Origin: Octopus vulgaris
Lineage: Eukaryota
NCBI GenBank assembly: GCA_951406725.2
Contig: OX597814.1
Location: forward strand, 181,350,001 to 181,414,000
Length of the DNA: 64,000 nt
Direction: 5' to 3'
Below are positions 1 through 12,850 of this stretch, piece by piece. The position numbers were made by a program, and so were the translations under genes. The stretch's first letter is position 1. Each line of letters opens with the position of its first letter. The notes beneath the pieces are model-generated. The model made no database searches. It saw only the letters and a list, made by a program, of their open reading frames with translations, and had not been told where the DNA came from.

Positions 1-260
1 AACCACAGAGCCCTTCCTAGGATGTCATCATTTTTAAACTCTACCAGCCCTTTATACAAAATCAAGGTGGTATTCCCACTGTTGGCCTTGCCTGTCTTGT
101 GGATTAGCACGAGTGCCTGTCGACACTCCTTTTGCCATTCTGTGAGATTACATCTTTTAATAAAACCGGGTTTGAATCTCTCCAAAGAGGCTGGTCGCGG
201 AAAGAATTCCTCCGCCAGCAGATTCCACACCTTGTCACCCTCCAGGTAGTGCCAGAGATG

Positions 261-2335
261 TCATAGCTTCAACGCATGTCTGCACATCATTAACCAGGGC
301 ATCCCTAACCCACCTTTTAACAGTTCCTGGCAGCAGACGAAGCACCTCACAAGTGGCTTTCCTCCTTTCCACAATAAGTGGAAGAGGAGGCACTCCAACT
401 TGTTTAGCCACAAGTTGGGGCAAGGGACAATGGTTAGGCGGTAGGTGATTACAGATGCAATAAACATCTGTACCTCCTCTACTCTTCCTTTCAGGGACAG
501 AGCCAGTCTGAACCAAGTTTGGACTACAGCCTCCACCCTGACTGCCACCTCACTCCAATTCTTCTCCGTTTGGTGTGTGTGTGTGGAGGGATCCGGTCCA
601 AACCAGACTCTAAGCAACTTAACAGGACCATCTGTCCAGTGACCCACGACACTGGATGATATTGACTTGCTCCTCTAGGTGCCAAGGCGCAAGCCGATGG
701 ACTTGTCCTTGTTAACTTTTGTCCCTGCGACTGCCTTGCATCCTTTGATAGCATCCTCTACACAAGGTAGCTGAGCCTCATAGGAGTTGACAATGGTGAT
801 GTCATCTGCATAAGCAGAGACTGACTTACTGCATCCAATCTCATTGGGGATGTGCCCCAAATTCTCCAACTTCCACAGTAATGGCTCAAGAGCCAACACA
901 TACAGAAGCAGGGATGGGACACCCTTGACGAACTGAGCACTTGATTGAAAATGGCTCCGACAGGTAGCCGTTTATCTGAACGGTGGATTTGATGCTGCTA
1001 TTCATTGTGGAGATCCACCTACGGAAGTCCAGACCAAGCCCAGCCGCTTCAGGGACCGCTGCCAGGTACATGTGGTCTACCTTATCAAAAGCTTTACTTT
1101 GGTATAAATGGACCAGTGCCCCACCTTTGCCGGTTAATTTACTCAACCTGTCTATGGTGTAGTGTATAAGCTGAAGATTGTTCTGGATTGACCTACCTGG
1201 AATGGCGCATGTCTGTGCCTTCCCTACAATCTTCTCCTTGACATGCGTCAACCTTTTTGCTAACACCTTGGCCAAAATCTTTAACTCTACATTGAGCAGA
1301 GTTATGGGCTTGTAATTACTTATAATGTCCCCCTTGCTCAGGTCCTTCTGGACCAGCGTCACCACTCCCCAACTCACAGATCTGGGAATCCTCCTATTCT
1401 GTTGCCAGTTTGTGTAGACACTTGCCAGCAGGTCCCCGAACAAGTCAGGCATGCTACAATAAAACTCAAAGGGTAGACTATCCAGCCCTGGCACACTCAG
1501 CCAGCACCTCTTTGACCTCCACAGGTGTAATCGGGTCCTTCACAGCATTCCGCCGCACATGCCGTGAGTCGCAGCCCACTGGCGAGGAAGCCCTTTTGGG
1601 ACTCGCCACGCTCAAGCATGTCACTCTGCCCAAACAACTGGGTGAAATGCTGGTGAAAGGCCTTTTGCATCTTTTTCTGTTCATAGATCTTGCGCCTCTG
1701 TTCATCAGTTAAAGACTTTATAGAGGCTTTTTTGCCCCTCTGACACTCCACATAATGGGCCCATCTGGCAACGTTAATATCTTCTCGGCCCACTGCACGT
1801 AGCTTAGCTCTAACTCTGCTGCCTTCGTGTTTGGCTTTGAGGTGATGGTACAAGACCGTTCTCGCTGCCAGCACTCTAGCTACAGAGCCAGATTCCATAG
1901 CCTCGTCTAAATTCTTAACTAGTTCCCTTTCTATTCTAAATCTATCTAAATTTAGCTGATTGCTAAATCTAAAAGACTCTAAATGAATGGCTTTCTTGAG
2001 GGCGTTGCCACCATCAATTATTAATGATGGCGCCACTTAGCTGGGCACGGAAGGCTTTACAAGTTAAAATGGACTTGTTCATTTTCCAGTACCCAGGTCT
2101 CTGTCTATGATATTTATCTATATGCATTTCACACGTCACAAATTTGTGATCCGTGTAAGGTACAATACAAAACTGGGGACAACTAAAAGTATATTCCTAT
2201 CTTTTTCTCTAACGAATACCCTGTCTATATAAGATCTGTGTAAGCTGTCATTATTACTCCACATCCACTGTGGAATGCTCAGCTCATCCAGTCTGTAATG
2301 GTCTATTAGATTATAGCTCTAGAGTAACTTACTAC
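261..2335 (-). pseudogene. Disrupted ORF2 (endonuclease/reverse transcriptase) of the L1/Tx1-type element
   Basis: ORFs 1497-2036, 886-1494, 675-899 and 261-647 are successive pieces of one RT-containing polyprotein broken by frameshifts and stops; the YADD motif is in 675-899. Confidence 0.88.
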
Positions 2336-2629
2336 TTGAGTTTTGGGAGGGGCTGCACAAATTCGGCTGCTTCCCCATCCTTTTCTTTTAATGGGGAAGC
2401 CACTGGGCTTTTCATTGGTGAAACCACTGGACTTGTTAATAATTTTTTTGTCTGCCATTTCGGAGCTAACATCTCTGATATCTTCCGGATACCTTCCCTT
2501 CAGCTCCAAAAATAGGCCTGCATCCATTTTTTTCAAATCTTTGTGTTTCATTTCACCTAGATTTCCACTGGTATTACCTTTTCCCATTGCAGGAAAATCT
2601 TTTTTTGATGCAATATTAAATTCCATCAT
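2306..2629 (-). pseudogene. Probable N-terminal remnant of ORF1 of the same LINE
   Basis: Lys-rich 107-aa ORF starting MMEF, lying downstream of a T-rich putative 5' UTR and directly abutting endonuclease sequence. Confidence 0.5.
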
Positions 2630-2990
2630 ATACTTTTTTTTTAAATTGCCAAAAATGACAAAATGAATTCACTACCCAGCAACGGGTAAAGAAAAACAGT
2701 TCAGCAATAATTTTTTTTTTTTCACAATGATTTCAAAACAGAATTTTCTGCTCCATAGGGCAAAAATTACTGTTCCATAAAGGACGACAGTTCAGTTCAA
2801 AGCAAAATACACAAAAATATCACAATAACAGACAAAAACACATGGATCGAACTCACATTACTTTGGTAACAGCAAATTACGATGCAAAAAATCCTAGTCT
2901 GCTAGAGACAATTGTTCAGCTAGAGGTGGCACCGTCAAATTCCCTTTCGAAATATATAGTTTTCAAAGTGACAGCTAGTCATGATCTATA

Positions 2991-3314
2991 AATTAGAAAA
3001 TTACTATTTTTAAATCTCACAACGAGAGATATTCAGCAGCAGTACTCTAGAGTAAAGATTGTTTGTCAACATAATATGGCAGTCCTGGTTTAGGACGAAT
3101 GTTGCTGTAATTTAGCCCCAGGAGACATTGTCTCCAGCTGGCTATACGACATGATCTGTGCTCTTATATTTTCAAACAAGGGAATCTAGCACCCTCACTC
3201 AGCTCAAAACAATATTTGTGTATCACGATGTTATGTTGGCAAACAATCTTTACTACAAAGTACTGTTGCTGAATATTTCTCGTTGTGAGATTTAAAAATA
3301 GTAATTTTCTAATT
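2991..3314. repeat. Palindromic (foldback) repeat, copy 1: full left arm plus the outer ~86 nt of the right arm
   Basis: aattagaaaattactatttttaaatctcacaacgaga... at 2991 is the reverse complement of ...tctcgttgtgagatttaaaaatagtaattttctaatt ending at 3314. Homologous to 14402-14830. Confidence 0.85.
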
Positions 3315-6094
3315 AGCTACTTCCAGGCTTTCAATTTTGAAGTAACTAGTTTGCTGCTTATTTTGTCCAATTTGTTGCTGGATAAAGTTCCTTGAAGATA
3401 TAAACTTTATTAATGGTGCAAGACTATTGGGCTTACATGTAGAATGTAAATATATATCCAATGCAATAACTGCAATAAACAGGGCCCTCCCCATTCTCTC
3501 TCTCCTCTCTCTCTCTCCACCCTCTCCCTTTCTTTAATTTTGCTTTACTTATTAATTATATGATGTATTTTTAAAGTATATAGTTTTTGTTATTTCCATT
3601 TGTTATTTCATTCTATAATTTTTGAATGTTCTAATAGTTCTAAAACACTTCAATATGTATGTGCTATTTAAATCCAGTACCGTTCTAAGCTCTTAAAGAC
3701 CTTCCCAAATTGATTTTTGTAATTGCTTTGTCTAAAATAGCCACCAAAGGTTCATAATTATACTGCAAATAGTAAGAGGGAAAGAGTCAAGTTAATTCTA
3801 TTTAAGTTGGTTAATGTTATACAATTTCTAGGTTTGTCATTAAAATTCATTATCATCATTGTTTCATCTTCATTTTTGCTACTCTAACTTCCATTGCTTT
3901 GCAAAACAGCATCTTTGCCTCAAAATCTGGCATCACTAGAAGGTCAGCATTATTTAGTGTGATTTTTTTAACTTCATCATTTCCTCCTTAGTTTATTTAT
4001 TACTTTCTTTTCTGTGACATCAGGTTGACATACAAACCCTGGTGACTTTGACAAACATTATGTGCTTGTCATGGAATTTTCCAAGGAAAGTACAAAAGTA
4101 ATTTTCCATTACCTTCCTTTGGATATTTTTTTTTTACAAGACACTATCTTATCAGTTAGATACAGACAAGTTTGCAACACATACCTGGTAGGGAAAGTGC
4201 CCAGAGCATAAAGTGTTAGAATAAACATTGCAAAGTAAATTGTCCATTGCTCTAACAGTTCCAGCAATTTATTGCTCTGGACTAATATTTTATTTTATTG
4301 ATCTTGAAAGATGGAAGGCTAAGTTAATCTTAAAAGGATTTGAACTCAGCATAAAGAAACACAACAAATTCCACAAGCCATTTTGTCTAACACATTGATA
4401 CTTTTGTTAATTTATTACCTTTCTGACCACTATAAATGGAACTTGACCAGAAGAACCAATGTGACATAGTGACAAGGTTGGACCTATAAATTATAAGTAC
4501 AATCCATTTCCATTTAATAAATGTCATAAACCAGATATGAGTCAACTGGAAACTATGGAAAATGACACTTGCCCAAGATGGCACACAGGGGGATTCATCA
4601 GACTCACCCTTATGAATTTCTTGACCATTTGGTCCTACAGCTGCTGCAATATTTTTCAATCTGCATGCATCAGTCATTCACATTAAATGTTTGCATTAGG
4701 GTAGATGCTTCACATATTTATAACATTGTTTTTGGTGTCTTGTCGCTTTGTCATATCACACTCAAGTAAATATCTTTTCAATAAAATTCCTATTGTGTTT
4801 AAGATCACAGCTATAAATTCAGAAACTCTAGTTTATCAAGTTCAGTACTTGAAATATTCTTATTAAAAAGCCAAATATGAATTAAGGTTTGAAAATGTTT
4901 TTGATCAGTACTTAGGCACTAGCTTTCTTTAAATTTGGTAAATTTTATTCACTTAGAATTGTAACATTTTATGTTGTCTTAATTTTTGGTACCAAACTCC
5001 AGATATATAGGTTTCTGATTTACTGTGCATTTTCTTGTCTCCCTGAGTAAGTCACTTAATTCTACTTGCCATGCAAATAAAGGTTTCATATCTAATTAAG
5101 AAATTATTATTATTGTAACCATCTACTTCAATTTCCTATCAACTCAGAGTTTTCTGAATCACTAATTACTTGAGAAAAAATTTCAAGTGTTAGCAAAAGC
5201 ACACTGTGAAAATTTGGCATAGATGCTTTGTATATGAAAAATACTTAACGTTGGTCCTAATTTTGTATGGCTTTTCATTGTTTTTAACTCCAGTAAATGA
5301 TAATAGGTGTTGAACCAGCCCAAAATAACTTGGACTTTGTACCAAATCAAGCTAACGGTCAGCTTATCTCTACTCATAAATCTATTTATGTCTACTTTTC
5401 AGTTTCTCAAGTTAAAAACAAAGTGTTAAATTGAAGACTAAAAATATTCTAATACTAATACACCAAGTAAATAATAATCTTACATTTTTCAATATTTGTA
5501 AATGAAGCTACAACAATAACTCACCCTCTCATTAAAGTAAAGGAAAGCCAACATTATAAGTTATTTATAAAGGAAAATTACTCTTAGTATTTGTTTGTGT
5601 ATGATAATGTAGAACTTTTCATATTACAGTATTTTTTTTCTCTTTGTCTCATAAAAGTATACCACAGTGATCTTAACATAGAATTGGTTACTTCTTTGAC
5701 CTCTTGTGAATATGTCCCACTTTGTGCCTGTATACACATATATGTACATTGGTGATTGCACGTGTATATATGAAGTTCAAGACTGAACACAAAACTTTTG
5801 CTGTTAAAAGAAAACTTAATAGGAAGTTCTCGACTTTTTAAGAGCTTTTACTCTCTTTCTCTCCCCCCACTCATCGTAAATACTTGTTTCTAACATTGAC
5901 ACTGGTCAAAAATGTTGAGGGATGGTCATAGTTAATTAAATTAAATCTTAGCAGTTGACTGATAGCTATTCTGTTAACCCCAGAAGAATTCAGGGCATTT
6001 TCAGTCCTTGCAGGATTTGAACAAAGAATATAAATACTATAATCCATATCTGTATCATTTCTGCTATTGACTGCCTTCATAAATAATAATAGTA

Positions 6095-6303
6095 ATAATA
6101 ATAATCCTTTCTACTAAAGGCACAAGGCCTTAAATTTTGGGGGAGGGGTAAGGCAATTATATCAACCCCAGTACATAACTGGTACTTATTTGATCAACCC
6201 TTAAAGAATGAAAAGCAAAGTTAGCCATGGTAGAATTTGAACTCAGAACATAAAGACAGATGAAATACTGATAATTTTGCCTGGCATGCTAATGATTCTG
6301 CCA
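6095..6303 (-). mobile_element. tRNA-derived SINE family B (Meta/MESC-like central domain, (TTA)n tail)
   Basis: On the minus strand: B-box GAGTTCAAATTC, central ctttgcttttcattctttaagggttgatcaaataagtaccag, and an (ATT)n tail. Homologous to copies at 12238-12850 and 8715-8905. Confidence 0.75.
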
Positions 6304-8200
6304 TAATAATAATGATATACATTTTTAAGCTATTGTAATCTTTATTTCTGCTTAGTTGAAGAAATGTAGGGCTATGGACTAAATGCTTTTTCTTTCTTAG
6401 TTTAAATTATACCTGGATCAATAAAATAAGTACCAAACATATACTGTGAGTTCCTCATAAGTTTGTGACTTTATGCTAGTGTAAGGAATTGTTGGTTAGT
6501 CTGAAGAAGTAAATTTGTATCTGTAGCCTCTGCAGACTCTCTTAGACTGTTGAAGTTGATATGGTTGATGATGCTTAAAATTCTGCAAATTGATGCTTAT
6601 AAGGAAGCTTGGGTAAGAAAAGACTTCCCGATAGTCTCAGTTCTCGGGGAAAATAATTATGCAAGGTGTTTAATACAAGGTCTTTGAGATAAGATAGCAG
6701 GGATGATAAGAAGATAATTCCAGCTGGGATTTAATGAAGGTGGTACAATTTGCTAGTTGAGTTAGTTCTTCTGTACTGTGCAAGTTGTAGCCTGTTGTTG
6801 AGCAAAGCAAAATGCAATTCAGAATGTTTGAAGTTGTAACGGCAGTAGTATCTCAGATGTATTAGCAGTAGTCTAATGTGGGATACACTTGAGCTTTGTT
6901 CAGAATTGAAGTGGTGTGGGTTCTGAAGGGAAAAGATAACCTTTGGGAAACAGTTTTGGTTACATTAGAAATGCATGGTTGAGCTATTTGGTATGAGAAT
7001 GATATCCACTTTTTAAAATAAAAGTTTTTAATGCATACTTTTAGAAAAGGCTGTAATTATATTTTGTATAGTATCTATTGTATATATTCTCATAGATACT
7101 GTTACTGCCATCACATTTTGTTCCATATTTTGGCTGGATTTGTAATATTACTTTTTCTTACTTACTCATTACATCAAGTCTAACTACTATGTACATATCC
7201 CTGCTAGTTTCCTTATTTTCTAGCTACAATCAATTATCTGTCCTTCACCTTAACACTCATAGTAACCTAACTTCTTTCTATACACACTTTTTTCTTAAAA
7301 TATACAAATCTCAAACCATGTTGTTCTTTGTTTTATTTATTTATTATTTATTTTGAAATTCTCTAATATTTACCTTAATGTCAGTCAAAGATTTGCAACT
7401 GCTGAATGAATATCATTGCAATCTCACAATCTCAGCAAAAAGTACACAAACACAAGTGTTACTTCTCAAATGTCAACACTGATAAATAAAACCATGGTAA
7501 CATCGTAACATATTTATAAAGACGCATGCAGTTGAAGATATTTTAACATCTTACACAATTTATCATTTTTGATTCATTGGCAACGTATTTATGTAAGCTT
7601 TGCAAGTTAGTAGTTCCTAAGACAAAAGAATTCTTAGGCAACTTTGGTATTAAAATAGTAGACACCAGAAGTTCATGATTTTTCTGTGTGCTTTGCTTTG
7701 AGAATTTTCAGTCAAAACAAGGTCTGCCAACCAACCCCAGTTTTTACTCATTTTAGAGATGTCTTTTGCCAGTTTAAGAATTTCAACCATGCCAAAATTA
7801 TTTGGATCTGTTCCATTTTATTTCTCAGTTATGCATTATCACCACTTAACTTACTTGATGATTATATTGATATGAAACTTGAACATTAATTCTGAATGGA
7901 AAATGAGATATTTTTCAAACAGTTTTTTTTTTCTCATTTTTTTTTCCTTTTGAACATTTTTTCCAAACTTTTTCAAACGATGAATGTATTTTTAAAAAAA
8001 ATCAAGACTTTATATGGGCTGAATTGCATTGGGAAAGGTATTTAAAGAATCAAGATATTTTTGTTCTATTGGAAACTCAGCAACAGACAGACTCACTCTA
8101 AAGATGTTTAAATTATTTATTAGTAAATCACAGTTGTTTATCAAGGCATTTGAGTATGCCACTTATTTAAACAAAATTTTAAAAATTATTATTATTGTTG

Positions 8201-8712
8201 TTGAGTGAGTGAGAGAGCATTGCATTCCATCAAAGTGACACTGGGGTACAAATAATACGAAGCCTAATATACCCATCAGGATCTCATATCAGGATAAACA
8301 TGATCTTGCAGGCGGGACTGAGTTAGAATTTTCGTCAGGTCAAATAGCCTATCCAGTTCCAAAGGTCCCTAAATAAAGTATTAAGGATGATGAATGAAAC
8401 ACCCATATTACCAGAGCTGAATTATTCAAATCCCAAAGAATCCCTCTCAACATATGGCTATGATGCTTCTGCACTTCTTGTGCTCATGATCAGAGATGCA
8501 CATATCATCAGCCACTAAAGGACATGCTCAACTGGTTAACGTTAAGCAACTGACAAGCAAATCTGTGGTACTGAGCAGAATATTTGCTGTAGCACCTCTT
8601 TTACTCCAAAACAAAACATGTACAGGATAACACTTCCAATCAGTTAAGATCAGAAGCCATGAGAGCCCCTGTCTGGTATTGCATTGGGCATTTATTATTA
8701 TTATCATTATTA
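8201..8712. repeat. Interspersed repeat of unassigned family, bounded by (ATT)n tracts
   Basis: Higher-GC block between attatt tracts with a retroposon-like tail; no second copy in the window. Confidence 0.35.
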
Positions 8713-8714
8713 AC

Positions 8715-8905
8715 TTGTAGAGTTGTTAGCACATCAAACAAAATGCTTACCAGCTCTTTACATTCTGAATTTAAATAGTGCCAAGGTCATCTTTTCCCTT
8801 CATCCTTTTGGGATCAATAAGTACTACAGTTGAACATTGAGGCCAATATAATCAACTAAACTCTTCCCTCAAAATTGCTAGCCTAGTGCCAAAATTAGAA
8901 AGATT
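8715..8905 (+). mobile_element. Degenerate SINE family B copy
   Basis: Contains ttagcacatcaaacaaaatgctta...ttttcccttcatccttttgggatcaataagtac...gcctagtgcc, matching family B in the forward orientation. Confidence 0.6.
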
Positions 8906-9607
8906 TATTATGATTTTAAAACACAATCATTGTTGATGATTCTGTGAGGTTGTTTCACATTTTATATCACCTCCTCATATCATTCTTGCAACTTTCAATC
9001 ATTATTTCTGGAGAGATTTTGCATGTATTTTAATATTTTCCCTCAAATTCCATACCACTAACTTTAAACTGTTTTCAATTAGTTTGTTTGGTCATGGTGA
9101 GGAGATAGAAAGTGAGGTTCAGCTGCTAAAATACTTGTATATTGACTAAAAAGTTAGGAATTCATTCCCAAGCACTGAACTCCTCTAACTAGTCAAGTTA
9201 CAACCATCATACATAATGCAGTGAAGGGGAAATTTTCAATAAATTAATAATACTTATATGGTGAGAAGAAAACATCAGCTAAATAATTACTATTAATTTA
9301 ATTTGATCTTAGTAATTATGGGCAACAACTCAAGATAGGTTTTGTTCTTGTTAGACCTCAGCAAGTTAACTGTAACCTATGTAACTAAGCTACGGTTAAC
9401 CAAATTTAGAATGAGTACCTTTTGTAATTGAAAGTTGAGCTGTTTGTGTTAGAAAGAACACCCTAATATAAAAGTTTAAAATTTTTTCTAAAGTATAATA
9501 GCTGAGTAATTATGTGCAGACATTAAAACAAAATTCTCACAAGCATTTATTTATTTAAAATTGTTGCTTTGGAAAAATATTGCACTGGCATAAAAAGGTT
9601 TATCACC

Positions 9608-9617
9608 CTCTCTCTCT

Positions 9618-9650
<33 letters not shown>
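9608..9650. repeat. (CT)n microsatellite
   Basis: Read directly from the sequence. Confidence 0.95.
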
Positions 9651-9653
<3 letters not shown>

Positions 9654-11117
9654 AAAGGAAGACTAACCATTGTCCTTATAGGTAGTAGAAATTTTCTGGT
9701 CTCATGTACTGATTAAGTAACTGGAAAAGTACATATGATCACTGGGCAAATGGGCGTAACAGTACATTTTGTTGCCTTCAAACAACACAAAAATTGTGAT
9801 ATTTAACAGGATACTGCTTGAATATTTCCCTACATTAGGTGTTTTAGCTATTGAAGCATATACTTTCTAGTGAATGAAGAACTGCTATAACTGTTTGGTT
9901 TTTGAAAATTTAATAGTCTTCATGTAAGGTAGGTTAGCAATGAATAAGATGAAGGATTTTACAGTCTGTACCAAAGCAAGGAAAATCTAAACTGTGATGA
10001 TAAATATTCACATTATCTTTTTTTAAATCTTTAGTGCAAGCATGGTTGTTTTTGTTGGGAGTTTACTTTGGACAAGAAACTTCTACTATTGCTTAGGATT
10101 GACCAATAGCTTACAAATGGAATTTAGTAGATAGAAACTGTGCAGAAGTCCATCATGTATGTGTGTGTGTATGTGTATATATATGTGTGTGTGTGTGTGT
10201 GTGTTTGCGTATTTATGTGTATCTTTCACCCAATTTATATCAGTCATCAGTGTGAGAGACAGGGAAAAGAGTAGTGCTTTACAAGGTAAGACACTAAGTG
10301 CATTGGGTTCAGTAATGCAGTAAACCGGTGATTGACTTATTGGAAATCTGTAACCAACAATACTTTGTTCACTAATTATTTGTTAATAAATTATTGTCCT
10401 TGATCATATTATTATTGCAAAAGAGTTACTTCTGATTATCAATTTCTAAGTTTCGCATATCCTACTGTAACCCAATATACCTTGTGGCTTCAAGTTTATT
10501 TTAAATTCTTCTTTATTTGAGATGACATTACTCAGATAAAATTAAAGAGATATAGACAGTGTTTTAATCAGGAGTGTTTTTTATTTGTTTTAAGGCAAAT
10601 CTTAATCTGCTTCATAGCCAATGATTAAGAAATATTTACTAGTTATTTAGTCTTGTTTGTTGTTCCAAACTAGATTCTGAAGATCTTACAATTTTCACTG
10701 CAATGACCACTTGTGTTTTTTCCTTCCTTTGTTACCGTTTTTCTCTTCTATTACAGTAGTCATCAATCAACCTTGCAAATGATCTTTGATTAGTCTATTT
10801 CCAAATTCCTAAGTAGTATCAATTTTAAGAGTTTCAGAGGGCCTATCAAAGCTATGGTCATAACCCCTTCTTCCAAATCAGACTAATGAAAACAAAATTT
10901 TGCAATCTTATCGTTTGACCTGTATCAAACATATCCAAACCATTGACCTAAAAGGAAATTTTTTGGTGACTAATATTCAGAGATAAAATTGTTGTTGATT
11001 TTGTTAGAAGAAACAATTGTAGAAACTCTCAATAGTTCATTTTATTGACTCTCCAGACCTCCAAAGTATTTAGATGTACAGACTTAACAGTTCTGGAATA
11101 AGGCCATTTCTTACCAG

Positions 11118-11440
11118 ATCATCATCATCATCATCGTTTAACGTCCGTTCTCCATGCTAGCATGGGTTGGACGGTTCGACCGGGGTTCTGGGAAGCCAGA
11201 AGGCTGCACCAGGCTCCAGTCTAATCTGGCAATGTTTCTACAGCTGGATGCCCTTCCTAACGCCAACCACTCCGTGAGTGTAGTGGGTGCTTTTTACGTG
11301 CCACCTGCACAGGTGCCAGGCGAGGCTGGCAACGGCCATGGTCAGATTGGTGTATTTTATGTGCCACCGGCACGGAAGCCAGTCGAGGCGGTGCTGGCAT
11401 CGGCCACGAGTCGGATAGTGCTTTTTACATACCACCAGAC
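11118..11440 (-). mobile_element. RTE-tailed non-autonomous retroelement with a (GAT)n tail and three tandem internal units
   Basis: The minus-strand 3' end ...acccatgctagcatggagaacggacgttaaacgatgatgat matches the 3' end of the RTE fragment at 58850-59164. Internal motif GGTTGGCGTTAGGAAGGGCATCCAGCTGTAGAAAC is present and CpGs are retained. Confidence 0.85.
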
Positions 11441-12237
11441 CAGGGATCCTGGCTGGGTTTTAAAATTTCATAGAAAAAAGAAAATTTACTTGTTACTGGA
11501 ACCTGTAACAAACTGGATATTGATCATAATGTTTTATTGGAAAATGTTCACAATATTTTATTTCTATGCATTGGTTAAGTTTACATTTGAGTTTGACACT
11601 AATTTCTTCTGTCACTGACTTTCCTAGTTTCTTTTATGTAAACCTAATATTTATTTCATGCTGCCAAAGTAAACATCTACATACATATTCCAGTCAGAAC
11701 TGGCATAGCAGAAATGTTTGTCTCACATTTTAAAACTGCTGTAATTTTGATCTAAGTGATTTTTGTCGCTGTAGAAAAGGGAATATGTTTATAAGTATTT
11801 TACTAATTTCAAAGCTTACATTCTTCCACTAATTACGGACGGGTTGCAGAAAACTTGTTCTTGTAAATTGTTATCATTTGCAAATATTTTCTTACAATAT
11901 ATTTGGCATTTTCAAAACTGAAACTGTGCCACTAGTTATTTCTTTTCTATCTCAATTTTATCTTAAAGTACCTTATTTATAATTTTTTATATATATTAAA
12001 CCTGCCCATTGAAATAGAAATTGTTGCTACTTTTTTTTTTATATGATTTTCATGTTTTCTCTTGCAACAATGGTTTCTGTCATTTTTTTTTTTTTAAGGA
12101 AAACTAATTTATGTAAGGAATAATATAAAATTAATCATTAAAATTATGAAATAAACAATAAATTTGGACCAAAATAAAAAAGGATACAAATCGTAAACAG
12201 TGTCTACAGATTGTCATTGTTAAAAGAGAATAATGAT

Positions 12238-12850
12238 AATAATAATAATAATAATAATAATCCTTTCTACTGTAGGCACAAGGCCTGAAATTTGTGGGGA
12301 GGGGTTAGTCAATTACATTGATCCCAGTGTTTCACTGGCACTTAATTTCTCAGCCCCAAAAGGATGAAAAGCAAAGTCAACCTCAGTGGAATTTGAACTC
12401 AGAACGTAGTAACGGCAGGCAAAATACTGCTAAGCATTTCGTCCAGCGCACTAACAATTCTTCCAGCTCACCGCCTTTATAATGATATTAATAATAGTAA
12501 TGATGATGATAATAATAATAACCCTTTCTACTATATAGGCACAAGACCTGAAATTTTTTTTTTCTTTTTGTGGCAGGGGTGTTAGTTGATTACATCACCC
12601 CCTATGCTCAACTGGGACTTATTTCATCAACCCTGCAAGGATGAAAGGCAGAGTTAACCTCAGTTGGAATTCAAACTCAGAATATAAAACCATGTGAAAT
12701 GCTGCTAAACATTTTCTCTAACAGGCTAGCAATTCTGCTAGTTCACTACCTTTAATAATTATTATTTCTACTATAAACACAAGGCATGGAATTTTGAAGG
12801 AGACTAGTCAGTTACCAGTACTCAACTGGTACTGATTTTATCAACCTCCC
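12238..12850 (-). mobile_element. Three head-to-tail SINE family B copies (12238-12475, 12511-12752, 12758-12850 partial)
   Basis: The unit (aat)n-cctttctact..ggcacaag.cctgaaattt...ggatgaaa.gca.agt.aacctcag..gaatt..aactcagaa repeats; the tRNA-like head GGCGGTGAGCTGG lies on the minus strand at 12475. Confidence 0.85.

Larger units (their letters stand above)
1..2930 (-). mobile_element. Decayed L1/Tx1-clade non-LTR retrotransposon (5' UTR, ORF1 N-terminus, end of APE endonuclease, RT), frameshifted; runs off the window start
   Basis: Minus-strand fragments read LIDHYR...W..SYIDR..TDH (end of APE endonuclease), GYWKMNKSIL (L1/Tx1 hallmark), PGLDSLPFEFY, NYKPITLLNVELKILAKVLA, QSKAFDKVDH, SVRQGCP, SAYADDIT and GGLGMP across several frames. 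The 5' boundary is approximate. Confidence 0.9.

Noticed and set aside
2917-2932. CTCF-like motif cagctagaggtggcac at the LINE 5' boundary
   Set aside because: Only the 3' half (AGGTGGCAC) fits the consensus, which is expected by chance.
11154-11618. 154-aa ORF (MLAWVGRFDRG...) and similar ORFs at 28374, 28734 and 29083 that look like a small gene family
   Set aside because: They are antisense translations of the RTE-tailed repeat; the repeated FYVPPA peptide only reflects the tandem DNA unit.
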